Shown in pieces: positions 31,891 to 42,439 of a DNA stretch of 64,000 bases. The stretch lies in the sequence record LR990704; one strand, written 5' to 3'. The stretch comes from Escherichia phage vB_Eco_NR1. The position numbers and the translations under genes were made by a program. Each line of letters begins with the position of its first letter. The first letter of the stretch is position 1. Below the pieces are notes generated by a model. The model was not told the origin of the DNA. It was given only the letters and a program-made list of their open reading frames with translations, and searched no databases.

Positions 31891-32041
31891 TAGTAGATAA
31901 CAACACAAATGTTAAATATGCACACATACCCTGAGCTAAAGCTTGCGAAAACACACTGCTAGCATCGATACAGATAGTTAAAACACATGCTACTATCCAA
32001 CAAATAAATGAAATAACTCCTAATAATTTTGCAATATTCAT
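31883..32041 (-). CDS. small hydrophobic protein (52 aa), position of T4 ac/stp locus
   Basis: manual translation MNIAKLLGVISFICWIVACVLTICIDASSVFSQALAQGMCAYLTFVLLSTND. Confidence 0.45.
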   Translation of the reverse strand: MNIAKLLGVISFICWIVACVLTICIDASSVFSQALAQGMCAYLTFVLLSTND

Positions 32042-32128
32042 ATTTTCCTCACTGGCGTCCGAAGACGCCTTTAGTTTTAAGATTATTACGATAGAACTGC
32101 ATCACGTGTTCGTTGTGGAAATTACTCA

Positions 32129-32587
32129 TTAATATGCCTGCAAAACGAATTTAAAGTTATCAGCCAACATACGGTTCATTTCTTCAAGTGTTTGATACTC
32201 GGAATGATGATTACGGGTAAACGCCAAAGCTAACTGACCTTTACCAAATCCTGTCGTCAGAGGTTTCATCTTAGAAGCAGGCAGATAAAATACTGTGTAT
32301 ACCATATTGTTATTTGCAATAGTACGTGCAAGCTGAGACCGACGTTGACGAATATGACTTAGAACTGCACTGAATCCTTGCTTAGAACGCTGATTACCTA
32401 CATAAAATCGTGCAGACACACATGGATTACTAAATGGACGACCATCTAATTTACTTACTAAAAAGTAAAATCCAGGTTTAGATAAAATATCTTTATGCGG
32501 AGTTCCTAAAAACCATTCACCACCCTTGATTGTACCAATAACAGTAGCGCCTGCATCATTTAGATCAGTAACAGTCATATATTTCAT
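32129..32587 (-). CDS. ndd: nucleoid disruption protein Ndd
   Basis: ORF track 32129..32635; start trimmed to [10 protein letters not shown] (about 151 aa) as in T4 Ndd. Confidence 0.88.
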
Positions 32588-32647
32588 ATTAATTTCCTCT
32601 AAATTATTTTCTACTCCAAGGCCGCATGAATACACGCGGCCATTAAA

Positions 32648-32863
32648 TTAATCGTCGCAGTCGACGCTCAATTCCCAGAATTCTTCTACGGTATAAGTTT
32701 CAGTATCATTTTCAATACAAAAACGTTCATTACTGTTATTTGCTAAAGTAGCATTAACTGTCGGTTTCTCGCTAGTGCTCTTAAGAGGTGAAATGCGAAT
32801 TAACTGATCACCGTTATCTAAACAGAAAATTTCACCAACTTTTACATCTTTAAAACTTTTCAT
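32648..32863 (-). CDS. hypothetical protein (71 aa)
   Basis: ORF track. Confidence 0.55.
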   Translation of the reverse strand: MKSFKDVKVGEIFCLDNGDQLIRISPLKSTSEKPTVNATLANNSNERFCIENDTETYTVEEFWELSVDCDD

Positions 32864-32978
32864 AATTCACCTCAAGGAGTATAAAATCCAAATGCAGTTG
32901 TTGACCATCCCATCCAATATGGAAAATTTGCACCAATGTAAAACATAAGAATATAAAACCAAATGTTTAGTAAATTCA

Positions 32979-33197
32979 TCATTTTACACCATTCCAAATT
33001 GTTTCAACTACGGATTTTAAACCATTTTGATGAATATCCATTCCGACTACCGCCATCAAATAGATTCCAACTACAACTGAACCTAAGGCAAAAATAAGCA
33101 TGAAAATGAATAAAGCCGGAAAAATATTATCGAAAAACCATTCAATAAATGTAAAAGCACTGCGTTTACGCTTCATATTTTCCTCACATAAATCCAA
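32979..33197 (-). CDS. small membrane protein (72 aa)
   Basis: two hydrophobic segments (FPALFIFMLIFALGSVVVGIYLMAVVG). Confidence 0.55.
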   Translation of the reverse strand: MDLCEENMKRKRSAFTFIEWFFDNIFPALFIFMLIFALGSVVVGIYLMAVVGMDIHQNGLKSVVETIWNGVK

Positions 33198-33314
33198 AAT
33201 AAGCGTTTAACATATCAATCATTAAAACGATTGGGAATATACTCAAAACTATTAGTATTATAACTACATTCCATATAGCTTTAACAATCTTTTTCATTTT
33301 CTGTTCCTCCGTAG

Positions 33315-33375
33315 TTGATAGGGTAATAGTACCACGGAAGAACAGTCCTGTAAACAACTTTTTTAAAAATATTCG
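33315..33375 (-). promoter_or_regulatory. early promoter
   Basis: GTTTAC and TGGTACTATTAC on minus strand. Confidence 0.55.
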
Positions 33376-33540
33376 TAATAAATGTGAATACCAACTACTA
33401 CCGCTGAAACCTGTGCAACCCACCACGCACAAGCAATAAGTACAGAATTCAAAATTTTCATAATAACCTCATTACAAAAGTAAATGTTAAACAAATTACT
33501 GGAATACTAATTAACCAAACAAAACACCACCATAGTGAAC

Positions 33541-33816
33541 TCATAGCTCAATCTCAGCGATTTTCATTTCATTACTATTAATAGCTGCTTTAAGACTATC
33601 TGAAAGAATTACATTCCAGTGGTCATTCATATGACCATTAACTAAGCGTGTAATTTCTTCGGGAGTTGAAAAATAAGGCGTATCAGACTCCCAATGCGAT
33701 AGTCCCAAGCGAGTATAAATCATACCTTCATCATCGCTAGAATATTCAACTGACACAAACTCATCAGTTATTTTATGTTTAGCGTAATAAAATTTAAATT
33801 TCATTTTATTCTCCAA
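33541..33816 (-). CDS. hypothetical protein (91 aa)
   Basis: ORF track; early promoter immediately upstream (33830..33890). Confidence 0.6.
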   Translation of the reverse strand: MENKMKFKFYYAKHKITDEFVSVEYSSDDEGMIYTRLGLSHWESDTPYFSTPEEITRLVNGHMNDHWNVILSDSLKAAINSNEMKIAEIEL

Positions 33817-33829
33817 ATCCGTATCAGTA

Positions 33830-33890
33830 GTTGATAGTTGTATAATACCACGGTCCTTGTGGTATGTAAACCGTTTTGTGAAAATTTTTA
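33830..33890 (-). promoter_or_regulatory. early promoter
   Basis: GTTTAC, spacer, TGGTATTATAC plus conserved leader. Confidence 0.6.
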
Positions 33891-34445
33891 AATGGAAAGA
33901 TACCAGCCGTTGTAGTTGCTTTTTCTTACAACCTTACGAAGGTCTTCTCTATCACCAATGAACTTCGGAGTGTACTGGATGACACCTGGATGAATTTCTT
34001 TAGTGTTGAATATAATTATACAGTCCGCGACTTGATGATTTAGAATGGGCCCTAGATTTATTCCAGAACCATATGGATACTCTCCGCTGCATCCCGTTGT
34101 TACCGAAATCCAACGCGAGTCAGTTTGATGTGTCTTAACTTCTACACGGAGCCCACAGTATTTTGGATGTGCCAAAACATCCCATGCATATGTGTACGGA
34201 TCATCGACATCTTCTTGACCTTTGTTAACATATCCACTCAACCAATCTGCTACCACATACTCGGCATACACAGCGATACGGCATCTTTCGATAACTTCTG
34301 CCTTATCCTGATTTGGATTTTGTTTTAAAGAGTATCTTGCTGTATCAGCAATTTTGACCTTCATTTCACTAGTCAAGTCACTGTTCGATAGGGTAAATGT
34401 CGGAATCTGAAATAGTCTCTGTAAACCCGGATTCGTTTTCTGCAT
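33888..34445 (-). CDS. denB: endonuclease IV (DenB)
   Basis: 185 aa as in T4 DenB; position between ndd cluster and rIIB. Confidence 0.88.
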   Translation of the reverse strand: MQKTNPGLQRLFQIPTFTLSNSDLTSEMKVKIADTARYSLKQNPNQDKAEVIERCRIAVYAEYVVADWLSGYVNKGQEDVDDPYTYAWDVLAHPKYCGLRVEVKTHQTDSRWISVTTGCSGEYPYGSGINLGPILNHQVADCIIIFNTKEIHPGVIQYTPKFIGDREDLRKVVRKSNYNGWYLSI

Positions 34446-34501
34446 TAAACTTTCCTTTTACGTCGGAATCACTGATATTCATACAAAATCATAGTTTCCC
34501 T

Positions 34502-34523
34502 TAAAACAAAAGGGCCGAAGCCC
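34502..34523 (-). terminator. hairpin terminator (GGGC-UUCG-GCCC plus U-rich tail)
   Basis: minus strand GGGCUUCGGCCC followed by UUUUGUUUU. Confidence 0.55.
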
Positions 34524-34527
34524 TTAT

Positions 34528-34722
34528 TTATTTGAATTGTGCAATTCTTTTCTCTAAACATTCAGCATAAGATTTCATTGAGATGAACTGTGAAAGTAGC
34601 AGTTCTTGCTCAACTGCACTAACCGTTAGAAACTTTGTGCTTTCTAAAAATTTACTCAGTGCATTAATTTTGAGCATTAATTGATCGTATTCTTCTTTTA
34701 CTCGTGCTTGATAACCTAACAT
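34528..34722 (-). CDS. hypothetical protein (64 aa)
   Basis: ORF track; flanked by GGGCCGAAGCCC hairpins. Confidence 0.55.
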   Translation of the reverse strand: MLGYQARVKEEYDQLMLKINALSKFLESTKFLTVSAVEQELLLSQFISMKSYAECLEKRIAQFK

Positions 34723-34750
34723 AATTTTCCTTAGTTAAGGGCCGAAGCCC

Positions 34751-35689
34751 TTATTTAAATTGTTCAGTAACGTCTTCAACTACTTCGTATTGGCAGGTAC
34801 GCATTTTAGCATCGTTGTAATCAATCGGAATTGATACTACATCGCGTGGATGTACTTTAACTTTTACAACTCGGCTGGTTGAACCACCGAAGTGACGAAT
34901 ATAAGATTTAGAACACACATGCAGACCACGAGAACAAGTTTGTGTATCATCGTCATTCACACGAGTACGCGGCATTTTAACTACTTTACCCGGACTGTTA
35001 TCAAAGGTGTTTGAGTGACAGTCAAAGTAATTGCTGCGAACTACTTTCCAAGCATAGAAGTAACCATCTTCTGTAATTTCAATATCGTTTGCTACCAAGA
35101 AATCAAAGAGTCGAGATACCGCTTTTTGGCTTGGGTTTTCCAGCAGATTTTCCAAGAACGGAAAATAAAATTCAAAGTTTTCGCCTTTTTCCATCGAATC
35201 AAGAATACGATCAACTAAACCAGACCGCAATTCAATATTTTGATAGAACAAGCTTCCACCTTCAATTCGAACATCGCCGGAAATATATTTTTCAACAGCG
35301 CGACGAACATTAATTTTTTGTGCAGCTTCTTCCAGCTTATCTGCTACAAGCAGATTAAGAATTTCTTGGAAGTTTGAATGAGTATTAGGAGTTGCGTTAT
35401 AAGTTACACCGTCAACAGTAATTGAAATGAATTTTTTAGATGCATTCCAAATAATGTCAGATTTAGCAACTGGAGCAATAACTGCATCGTTATTAACTTT
35501 AACTGTAATATCACCACTAATAGTAACTTTAGGGCGTTTAGCTTCTTCAGCATTTTTCAAAACACGACGGATTGTGTCAACCGATACATCCTTCCAATAA
35601 GCTAATTCCTGCTGAGTGTAATTACCACTTGAATACAGTTTAACAATTTCAGCTTGTTCGTTTTTGGTCAGGCATTTAATATTGTACAT
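34751..35689 (-). CDS. rIIB: rIIB protein
   Basis: 312 aa as in T4 rIIB; N-terminus MYNIKCLTKNEQAEIVKLY. Confidence 0.95.
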   Translation of the reverse strand: MYNIKCLTKNEQAEIVKLYSSGNYTQQELAYWKDVSVDTIRRVLKNAEEAKRPKVTISGDITVKVNNDAVIAPVAKSDIIWNASKKFISITVDGVTYNATPNTHSNFQEILNLLVADKLEEAAQKINVRRAVEKYISGDVRIEGGSLFYQNIELRSGLVDRILDSMEKGENFEFYFPFLENLLENPSQKAVSRLFDFLVANDIEITEDGYFYAWKVVRSNYFDCHSNTFDNSPGKVVKMPRTRVNDDDTQTCSRGLHVCSKSYIRHFGGSTSRVVKVKVHPRDVVSIPIDYNDAKMRTCQYEVVEDVTEQFK

Positions 35690-35700
35690 AATTTTCCTTA

Positions 35701-37878
35701 TTAGGCCGCAAGGGCCTTCATAGTTTTAGCGATTTGGGAAACTTCATCATCACTTAAAGAGTTGCGATAACCGATGAAGTCGGAAACAATACGGAATTTC
35801 TTGGTAAACTCAGCAACCATTTTATCACTATTTTTTGAAGCATTACGTGATAATTCATCAAAAAGATTAGTTACCGTCCAGATGTCATGACCGATGGTAT
35901 CTTTTCCACCATTAAAATATACACCGCGCAATGAACTAACTATATTAGCGAGTCGTGTATATTCTTCAGAAACTTCATCTGTACTGAAGTACTTCATCAT
36001 AAAATCTAGTTCAGGATGCTTGATAATTTTATCAATATATCGTTGAGCTGAACTTGAATAACCTACATACTTATCATAATCTACATCATCAAAAGCATCT
36101 ACATATAAATCACGCAAAGCTTCAAAAATACATTGGCACTGACCGAGCTCTTTTACCTTTTTCTGCAAAAGCGGACGAATAACATAAAATTCATTAATGC
36201 CAATAAGATTAGCCATACGAATCAAAATATTCATAGATGGATGACAAAGCGATGTAGTACCATCCATAGAGAAAATATCAGAACGATGCATATACGCTAC
36301 ATAACCAGTAATTTCATCTGCTTCTGACGTAAGTGTAAATAGTTCCTCTTTTTCCCATCGCCCATCTTTAATTTCAAATTTAAATGCTGTAGCAGCTTTA
36401 GGACGAGGAGCTTTACTTTTAACTACCTTTGGAATATAGCTTTTAACTAAAGCTTCAATTTCTGACAAATAATGAATGTTAACTTCATCACTTTCAAACA
36501 TCGCCATAATGTCAGGAAGCAAATCAATCTGTGATTCTACTTCCGGATTAATAAACAGAAGACGCTCATTGTGATGAATATTTAAGGTGTTATTAAATTC
36601 ACTATCATCTAATGCACGTGCTAATCCACGGACAATATTAACACGATTTTTAATATTATCAATAACAATATTAATTTTTGTCGTATTAATACCAAACAGA
36701 CGATAACTTGATGCAACGGCTGAAGTTTCATGACTTTGCTTAATACGCTTCAGTCGAGGGTCAAGATTTACTTCATACACCACGCCTGCATTACATAACT
36801 TACTGTCAGGTTCAAACATGCTCTGCATTTTCTTATATGACAGATTTTTAGTCGTGAATTTGACTGAATTACTAATCATATAATCTCGAGCAGAATACCC
36901 CATCTTCATCAATTCACGATATGTATGACGAGGAGATGTAGATTCTTTAAATCGTTTTACATCTTCATTAAATGCTTTCTCACTGAGTTCTTTAACTCGT
37001 TCAATAATATTTTTACGAGTGCGATCATCCAGTGAAAGAGCCTCGCGAGATGGAGCAATATCAAGTGAACCCATTGGAAACTTAATGTAATTCACTTCAT
37101 TACGAATGCTTAGCCAGTTACGGTCTCTAATAACACCATCGATAGGATAAACAATACCACCATAGATAGCATATAATCCACCACGATCAGGCCAGTATCT
37201 TTCTGGATTTACACCGTAATAGTCATCAAAATCCGGAAAATAATCAATTTCGCGGTCAAGACCATTAATGATAGCCAAATCTTTGAACGGTCGCATGATA
37301 TAAGAAACTTCATAAGCAAAGTTTCTAAAGTCTTTTTCTTCAACTGGAACTACGATTTCAATACCAGTTTTATCATCTGGACCCATTTCTTTTACGAATG
37401 TAGGTTTAATTTGTGGACCATCGCCATCCATGTAAGCTACATAACCACGAATTTCACCTTTATGATAAGAAGTAATACTAAATGTATCAGTATAACTAAA
37501 CGGAGATTTAGAACCTAACCCAAATCCGCCAATGAAATCGTTAGATTCAGCCTTAGATGAACTGAAGTATGAATTATACAAACCAGGAGAATTATCATCA
37601 CCCTGAATATCAAAATCACTCATACCCGGACCAAAATCTCGACAAACAAATCGTGGATCTAATCGTCCTGGAACTTGAATGATAAATTTTTCAGGATTTC
37701 CATTAAGTGCATGAGCATCAATCATGTTAGTAATCAATTCACGGACTACTGCGCGAATCTTGTTTGTATACAAATCAGATGATAGAATTTTAAATACTTT
37801 AGGATTTGCTGCGATGCTAAATGCTTTTGATTTAGAACCATTACCAAGAATTGTTTCTTTTTCAGTGGTGATAATCAT
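35701..37878 (-). CDS. rIIA: rIIA protein
   Basis: 725 aa as in T4 rIIA; HATPase-like N-terminal region ([10 protein letters not shown]). Confidence 0.95.
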   Translation of the reverse strand: MIITTEKETILGNGSKSKAFSIAANPKVFKILSSDLYTNKIRAVVRELITNMIDAHALNGNPEKFIIQVPGRLDPRFVCRDFGPGMSDFDIQGDDNSPGLYNSYFSSSKAESNDFIGGFGLGSKSPFSYTDTFSITSYHKGEIRGYVAYMDGDGPQIKPTFVKEMGPDDKTGIEIVVPVEEKDFRNFAYEVSYIMRPFKDLAIINGLDREIDYFPDFDDYYGVNPERYWPDRGGLYAIYGGIVYPIDGVIRDRNWLSIRNEVNYIKFPMGSLDIAPSREALSLDDRTRKNIIERVKELSEKAFNEDVKRFKESTSPRHTYRELMKMGYSARDYMISNSVKFTTKNLSYKKMQSMFEPDSKLCNAGVVYEVNLDPRLKRIKQSHETSAVASSYRLFGINTTKINIVIDNIKNRVNIVRGLARALDDSEFNNTLNIHHNERLLFINPEVESQIDLLPDIMAMFESDEVNIHYLSEIEALVKSYIPKVVKSKAPRPKAATAFKFEIKDGRWEKEELFTLTSEADEITGYVAYMHRSDIFSMDGTTSLCHPSMNILIRMANLIGINEFYVIRPLLQKKVKELGQCQCIFEALRDLYVDAFDDVDYDKYVGYSSSAQRYIDKIIKHPELDFMMKYFSTDEVSEEYTRLANIVSSLRGVYFNGGKDTIGHDIWTVTNLFDELSRNASKNSDKMVAEFTKKFRIVSDFIGYRNSLSDDEVSQIAKTMKALAA

Positions 37879-37888
37879 AATTTCCTCA

Positions 37889-38092
37889 TTAATTCATATT
37901 ACGTTTAATAACTTCAGCAACTTCTAGTAGTTCATCTTTAGTTGCGGTGTCGGATTGAATTTTATCTCTAATATCCTTAAAGCGGTTTTTAAATTCTTCG
38001 GCTTCTCCCATATCGAAAAAGCGTTGAATGATTCTATATTCTCGATGAACTGCTTTATCAAAAAGTTCTAAATTTACTTTATATGATTTCAT
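37889..38092 (-). CDS. hypothetical protein (67 aa), rIIA.1-like
   Basis: ORF track; immediately upstream of rIIA, downstream of an early promoter. Confidence 0.65.
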   Translation of the reverse strand: MKSYKVNLELFDKAVHREYRIIQRFFDMGEAEEFKNRFKDIRDKIQSDTATKDELLEVAEVIKRNMN

Positions 38093-38109
38093 TCCAATAT
38101 CCTCATTTG

Positions 38110-38160
38110 CCCAATTAATTATACCACATCCTTGTGGTAAAGTAAACTACTGGCTCATCC
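38110..38160 (-). promoter_or_regulatory. early promoter for rIIA.1/rIIA (overlaps 3-prime end of gene 39)
   Basis: minus strand GTTTAC, 18 nt, TATAAT. Confidence 0.6.
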
Positions 38161-39967
38161 ATTCTTTACGAAGGTCAGCATTATCTCCCATGAGCATTTC
38201 AAAAAGCTCTTTCCAGTTCTCAGGAAGTTTAACAACATCATATACCGGATTTTGAATCATCTCACGATATTCAGATTTTTCCAAAGAGCCAAGTCCCTTA
38301 ATATAACGGATGCTATGTTTAGGTAGAGCATCTTTAGCACTCTCATATTCAGCGACTGTATAAAACCATTCTTGTTTTTTACCGACCTGAGCGATGATTA
38401 CAGGAGTTTTGACAAAGCGAATTCTTCCTTGCTCAAACAATTCTGGCCAATTACTAAAAAATCCGAGCAGAGAAGGATAAATGCTTCCTAGACCATCATG
38501 GTCAGCATCAGTCATAATAGCAATATTGCGATAATTCAAGTTTTCAGCTTTTTCACCAAGAACTAGACCAGTGATTGCGCAAATATCAAATAGTTCTTTG
38601 TTTTTAAGCATATCGGCATATGACATACCCCAGCTATTAAGAACTTTACCGCGCAATGGATAACCACCATGAAGTTCTTTATCGCGAACATCAATAAGAT
38701 ATCCGATAGCTGAATCACCCTCAGTCAAGAACAATGTAGTGTCAGCATCTTTACCGCAAAGATTCGCTTTAATATGTTTATGAACCTTAGCTTTAGAAGC
38801 CTTTTTAGCTGCTTTAGTTTCTGCTGCTTTTTCTGCCGCCAATTTACGAGCCAAAGCAGCTTCAATAATCGGCATCAGAATTGCTTCATTATTTAGAATA
38901 GCGCGTGAAATCTTTTTAGCGTCAAGTTGAATATGACTACGAATTTCGCCAAATGGAGAAGTCAAACGCTCTTTAGTTTGAGAATCAAATCGCATGTTTT
39001 TCATATCACGGACAAACATAACGATAGTCAAACATTCTTTGACACGTGCTTTAGTTACATCAATTTTGAACTTACGTTTGATTTGTGGAATAAGGTCTTC
39101 ACAAATATCATCCATAACACAGTCAATGTGATGGCCACCATTCTTAGTGTGAATGTTATTCACATAAGTTAATTGGCGAAATCCATCCGGTGAACGACCA
39201 ACAGCAATAGAACAATTTTCTTGTTCTTGAACAATAGCATGTTCATCATACTGTCGTGCATATTTCTTAAAATTGCCCTGAACCTTTTTACCATTAAAGG
39301 TAAATTGAATATCAGGATAAACAACAGCAAGTGTCTGGAGACGATCTAGTGTAATGTCAAGATAAACTTGGGACAGCTCATTAGTTTCAAATGACATAAA
39401 ATCAGGAATGAAAGTAACACGAGTTCCTTTCCATTTTCCTGGAATAGTTTCCCATGATTTATTTTCCATGCCATTTGAACAACGAACTACAATATTATTT
39501 TGACCATCGCCAGTTTCACCGACAAACATCACAGAAAAAATGTTAGTTAAACTAGAACCAACACCATTCATACCACCGGTGACACGTTCTTTATCATCAC
39601 CAAAGTTACCACCCGCTTTTGGAATAGTCCAAGCAGCAACTGGACCAGGAATTTCTTCACCGGTAGGTGTTTTAACCATCGCCTGTGGAATACCACGACC
39701 GTTATCTTCAACTGTTACCTGATTATTTTTAATGGTAACATTAATTTTATTCGCGAATTTAAACTTAGTACGAATACCTTCATCGACTGAGTTATCGATA
39801 ATTTCATCAATAAGCTTAACAAGACCAGGTACATACTGAACACTTTCCCATTTACCAAACAGAAAGCGCTCATGCATTTCATTAGCAGAAGAGCCAATGT
39901 ACATGCCGCTACGCTTTTTGATATGTTCAATATCGCTCAGAATTTTAATTTCATTCTTAATCATCAC
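38147..39967 (-). CDS. 39: DNA topoisomerase II large subunit gp39, unsplit (GyrB-like; includes the part encoded by gene 60 in T4)
   Basis: 606-aa continuous ORF with ATPase N-terminus and Toprim-containing C-terminal part; no bypass element or inserted ORF. Confidence 0.95.
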   Translation of the reverse strand: MMIKNEIKILSDIEHIKKRSGMYIGSSANEMHERFLFGKWESVQYVPGLVKLIDEIIDNSVDEGIRTKFKFANKINVTIKNNQVTVEDNGRGIPQAMVKTPTGEEIPGPVAAWTIPKAGGNFGDDKERVTGGMNGVGSSLTNIFSVMFVGETGDGQNNIVVRCSNGMENKSWETIPGKWKGTRVTFIPDFMSFETNELSQVYLDITLDRLQTLAVVYPDIQFTFNGKKVQGNFKKYARQYDEHAIVQEQENCSIAVGRSPDGFRQLTYVNNIHTKNGGHHIDCVMDDICEDLIPQIKRKFKIDVTKARVKECLTIVMFVRDMKNMRFDSQTKERLTSPFGEIRSHIQLDAKKISRAILNNEAILMPIIEAALARKLAAEKAAETKAAKKASKAKVHKHIKANLCGKDADTTLFLTEGDSAIGYLIDVRDKELHGGYPLRGKVLNSWGMSYADMLKNKELFDICAITGLVLGEKAENLNYRNIAIMTDADHDGLGSIYPSLLGFFSNWPELFEQGRIRFVKTPVIIAQVGKKQEWFYTVAEYESAKDALPKHSIRYIKGLGSLEKSEYREMIQNPVYDVVKLPENWKELFEMLMGDNADLRKEWMSQ

Positions 39968-40013
39968 TTATCCTCGTTTGGTTTCGGGAATATTATACTC
40001 CGGTAATCATAAA

Positions 40014-40037
40014 GCTAAAGGCCCGAAGGCCTTTTAT
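40014..40037. terminator. bidirectional-type hairpin AAAGGCC-CGAA-GGCCTTTTATTT upstream of gene 39
   Basis: symmetric A-run / stem-loop / T-run; strand assignment ambiguous. Confidence 0.45.
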
Positions 40038-40303
40038 TTAAAACGAATAGTTGAATCCTTAAAGAACAGCCCAGAACACACGGTTCCTTCTACTTTCTGC
40101 CCAGTAGGTCCAATAGCACGAAATCCAGTATGTTGGAAATCATTTTCAGAACAACCGAACCAATTATATCCAGTGATTTCAATATTAGTAAAACCACTTG
40201 AAGACAAAACTTTGGTTGCATTATCAGCATCAGTACATCCTACTAAAGACACTGCTAATACTAATGCTGCAATAGAACGATTAATATATTTCATAATTTT
40301 CAC
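40034..40303 (-). CDS. putative lipoprotein (89 aa)
   Basis: signal peptide plus lipobox (AALVLAVSLVGCTD). Confidence 0.65.
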   Translation of the reverse strand: MKIMKYINRSIAALVLAVSLVGCTDADNATKVLSSSGFTNIEITGYNWFGCSENDFQHTGFRAIGPTGQKVEGTVCSGLFFKDSTIRFK

Positions 40304-40671
40304 TTAAATTTAATGGCTTGAAGAAGACTAATAATTCTCAAGCGACTTCTTTCATCTTTAACTGTAAAAGAAAGAGGGTCACCAGATTTCATAGTAATAG
40401 TACATTCAAAATCAAAATCTTCGGAAACTTCTTTGAAGAAGTCAAATTCTTCATCATAAATTAGAACATTACTCTGACAACTATGAAGAATTTTTCCATC
40501 ATTTCCAGATGCTGTACTAATCATTGTAACATTATGACCTTTCATATCTTCAACGATAAATTCACTAGTCAATATTACAGCATTAATAGAACTATTCCTA
40601 TTACTAGCAGAAAGTAGATATTTCTGTTCTTCACCTTCACGAATGCAATATTTCTTACCGATTTTAAACAT
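40300..40671 (-). CDS. hypothetical protein (123 aa)
   Basis: ORF track. Confidence 0.6.
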   Translation of the reverse strand: MFKIGKKYCIREGEEQKYLLSASNRNSSINAVILTSEFIVEDMKGHNVTMISTASGNDGKILHSCQSNVLIYDEEFDFFKEVSEDFDFECTITMKSGDPLSFTVKDERSRLRIISLLQAIKFK

Positions 40672-40673
40672 AA

Positions 40674-40850
40674 TTACCCTTTAAGTAAGTCGTAAAAACC
40701 ACCATTCACATGCTTAGGAGCAGAAGGCCGACGAGTAGACAAACGATGACATTTAGGGCAAACATCATTTTCTCGTTCAGAAATCTTTTTAATTTTTTCA
40801 TATTCATGCCCGCAATCTTCGGATTGGCATTTATAATCATACATTGGCAT
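40674..40850 (-). CDS. zinc-ribbon micro-protein (58 aa, FmdB-like CxxC...CxxC)
   Basis: manual translation MPMYDYKCQSEDCGHEYEKIKKISERENDVCPKCHRLSTRRPSAPKHVNGGFYDLLKG; fills gap exactly between flanking ORFs. Confidence 0.55.
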   Translation of the reverse strand: MPMYDYKCQSEDCGHEYEKIKKISERENDVCPKCHRLSTRRPSAPKHVNGGFYDLLKG

Positions 40851-40852
40851 AA

Positions 40853-41278
40853 TTATTCCTTAAAGTGTGCTTTCAGCATTTGATACAAGGACCATGCCTG
40901 TTCATTATTTTTAATAGTAACTTTCATGACAGGAAATTCTGTGAAATCTTCTATTTGTTCTTGCTCTTTCTCTTCCTGCTCTTGCTCTTCAGCTGCCTGG
41001 TATGGATTTTCAACTTCATCAAAGAATTCAGCTTCGCTAGTAGAAAGCCAAATAAAATCTTCATCCAAAATATCTTTACCGGAGGATAATGCCAATCTTC
41101 CAGTAGATGACATAATTTTAGTTGGACGACCAAGATAGTCAATATCTATAACTTTAAAAGGTTCCATACCTAAACGTCGTGCATAAATTCCGTTTTCAGT
41201 ATGGTCTTTAATAAAAGCTTCTTGAGCTTGTTTATTTTTAAATTGATACCATTTATTAACTTCAAATCTAATAGCCAT
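40853..41278 (-). CDS. hypothetical protein (141 aa); position and size of T4 goF (comC-alpha)
   Basis: ORF track; acidic [12 protein letters not shown] tract; identity to goF from position and size only. Confidence 0.6.
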   Translation of the reverse strand: MAIRFEVNKWYQFKNKQAQEAFIKDHTENGIYARRLGMEPFKVIDIDYLGRPTKIMSSTGRLALSSGKDILDEDFIWLSTSEAEFFDEVENPYQAAEEQEQEEKEQEQIEDFTEFPVMKVTIKNNEQAWSLYQMLKAHFKE

Positions 41279-41493
41279 TAATAAATTTCCTTCCAGTAAG
41301 TTGTACCGTCTTCAGTGATTTCACGGAATACACCATAAATCGGTTGTTTATCACCAACCTTTTCATACACATAAACCGAAGTCAAGTGAGTAAACTTGAT
41401 GGTGTGTTCCTTTTGAACTACTACCAAATCTGGATCGAATAATACATCTTCAAATTCGTCATTAGTGCAATTCTGAACAATTTTACGTTTCAT
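41278..41493 (-). CDS. hypothetical protein (71 aa); position and size of T4 cef
   Basis: ORF track; identity by position and size only. Confidence 0.5.
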   Translation of the reverse strand: MKRKIVQNCTNDEFEDVLFDPDLVVVQKEHTIKFTHLTSVYVYEKVGDKQPIYGVFREITEDGTTYWKEIY

Positions 41494-41506
41494 TACAATT
41501 TCCTCA

Positions 41507-41788
41507 TTAATTGAACATTGGAGCGATGCGTTTCAGAAGAGTAGCAGCACCTTTGGCAAATTTTACATCATGAAAAACAGTTTCTTCTTCCGTTACAACA
41601 CGAGCTTTAATGTTTTCACAATCCCAATTTTTGCGAACAATCTTCAAAAGCTGCAGTAAATCTTTACATTCAGCAATATCGATAACACATCCACGAGAAT
41701 CTTCCATTATCGCACGATAACCGTAAGCCATACCATAATCATTAAAAGATTGCTCGATGATAATTAAGTTTTCCATTTTATTCTCCAA
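41507..41788 (-). CDS. hypothetical protein (93 aa)
   Basis: ORF track. Confidence 0.6.
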   Translation of the reverse strand: MENKMENLIIIEQSFNDYGMAYGYRAIMEDSRGCVIDIAECKDLLQLLKIVRKNWDCENIKARVVTEEETVFHDVKFAKGAATLLKRIAPMFN

Positions 41789-41799
41789 GTTGTTTTCTG

Positions 41800-41870
41800 T
41801 ATCAGTAGTTGATATTGATATAGTACCATAATCAACTACTGATGTATATAGTTTTATGAAAAAAATTTTA
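41800..41870 (-). promoter_or_regulatory. probable early promoter (degenerate -35)
   Basis: conserved TGGTACTATAT -10 and leader CAATATCAACTACTGATACAG but no clear GTTTAC. Confidence 0.4.
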
Positions 41871-41874
41871 AACT

Positions 41875-42366
41875 TTATGCATAGCGAGCTTTGCTGTAGT
41901 GTTTAATCCAACTTTCAGGAATGACTTTGTATGTTCCTAAAAATACCGCGTTGTATAACTTAACGCCATCTTCTACCCATTGATCAGTAATGTATGCACA
42001 CATAGCGCGAGTACGGTTAACAACACCTTCCTCACCTTCAGTAAATTCAAACTCATAAGGAGCAACGAACTTGATAGCTTGACCGAGTTTCCACTTAAAG
42101 TCTACACCTACATGCGAAGTATCAATCGTTTCAATTCCTTTAGCGGGAACAGCTTTCAAAAACGCAGGCTCAAGAAATTTCCATCGAACATAACCAAACT
42201 GAGGTTTAGACATTCCATCTTTAGGAATGATACGCACTTTTACTTCAGAATCTTCATCTTTAACACCATGTTTAAGCTGAATGCTTACGACTTCAACCAA
42301 TTTTCCTGCTGCCTTAGAACGGGATTTATCAGATACACGAGCAATTTCACCGATATTAATATTCAT
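41875..42366 (-). CDS. motB: MotB-like protein (163 aa)
   Basis: size (T4 MotB 162 aa) and position between cef region and dexA; assignment among three candidate ORFs is by size. Confidence 0.6.
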   Translation of the reverse strand: MNINIGEIARVSDKSRSKAAGKLVEVVSIQLKHGVKDEDSEVKVRIIPKDGMSKPQFGYVRWKFLEPAFLKAVPAKGIETIDTSHVGVDFKWKLGQAIKFVAPYEFEFTEGEEGVVNRTRAMCAYITDQWVEDGVKLYNAVFLGTYKVIPESWIKHYSKARYA

Positions 42367-42439
42367 AATTATCTCTCACTTGTTAAAAAGATTTTATACT
42401 CTGCAGGACCATTATACTCTGGTCCCAAGAGTTTGTAAA

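Noticed and set aside
33184-33432. 82-aa ORF as listed
   Set aside because: Its N-terminal part runs through an early promoter; only a short downstream frame starting at ATG 33297 (MKKIVKAIWN..., GGAGG SD) is plausible, and even that is a low-confidence micro-ORF.
38147-39967. Gene 60 translational bypass element
   Set aside because: Gene 39 is a single uninterrupted 606-aa frame, so the 50-nt bypass and the 39/60 split are absent.
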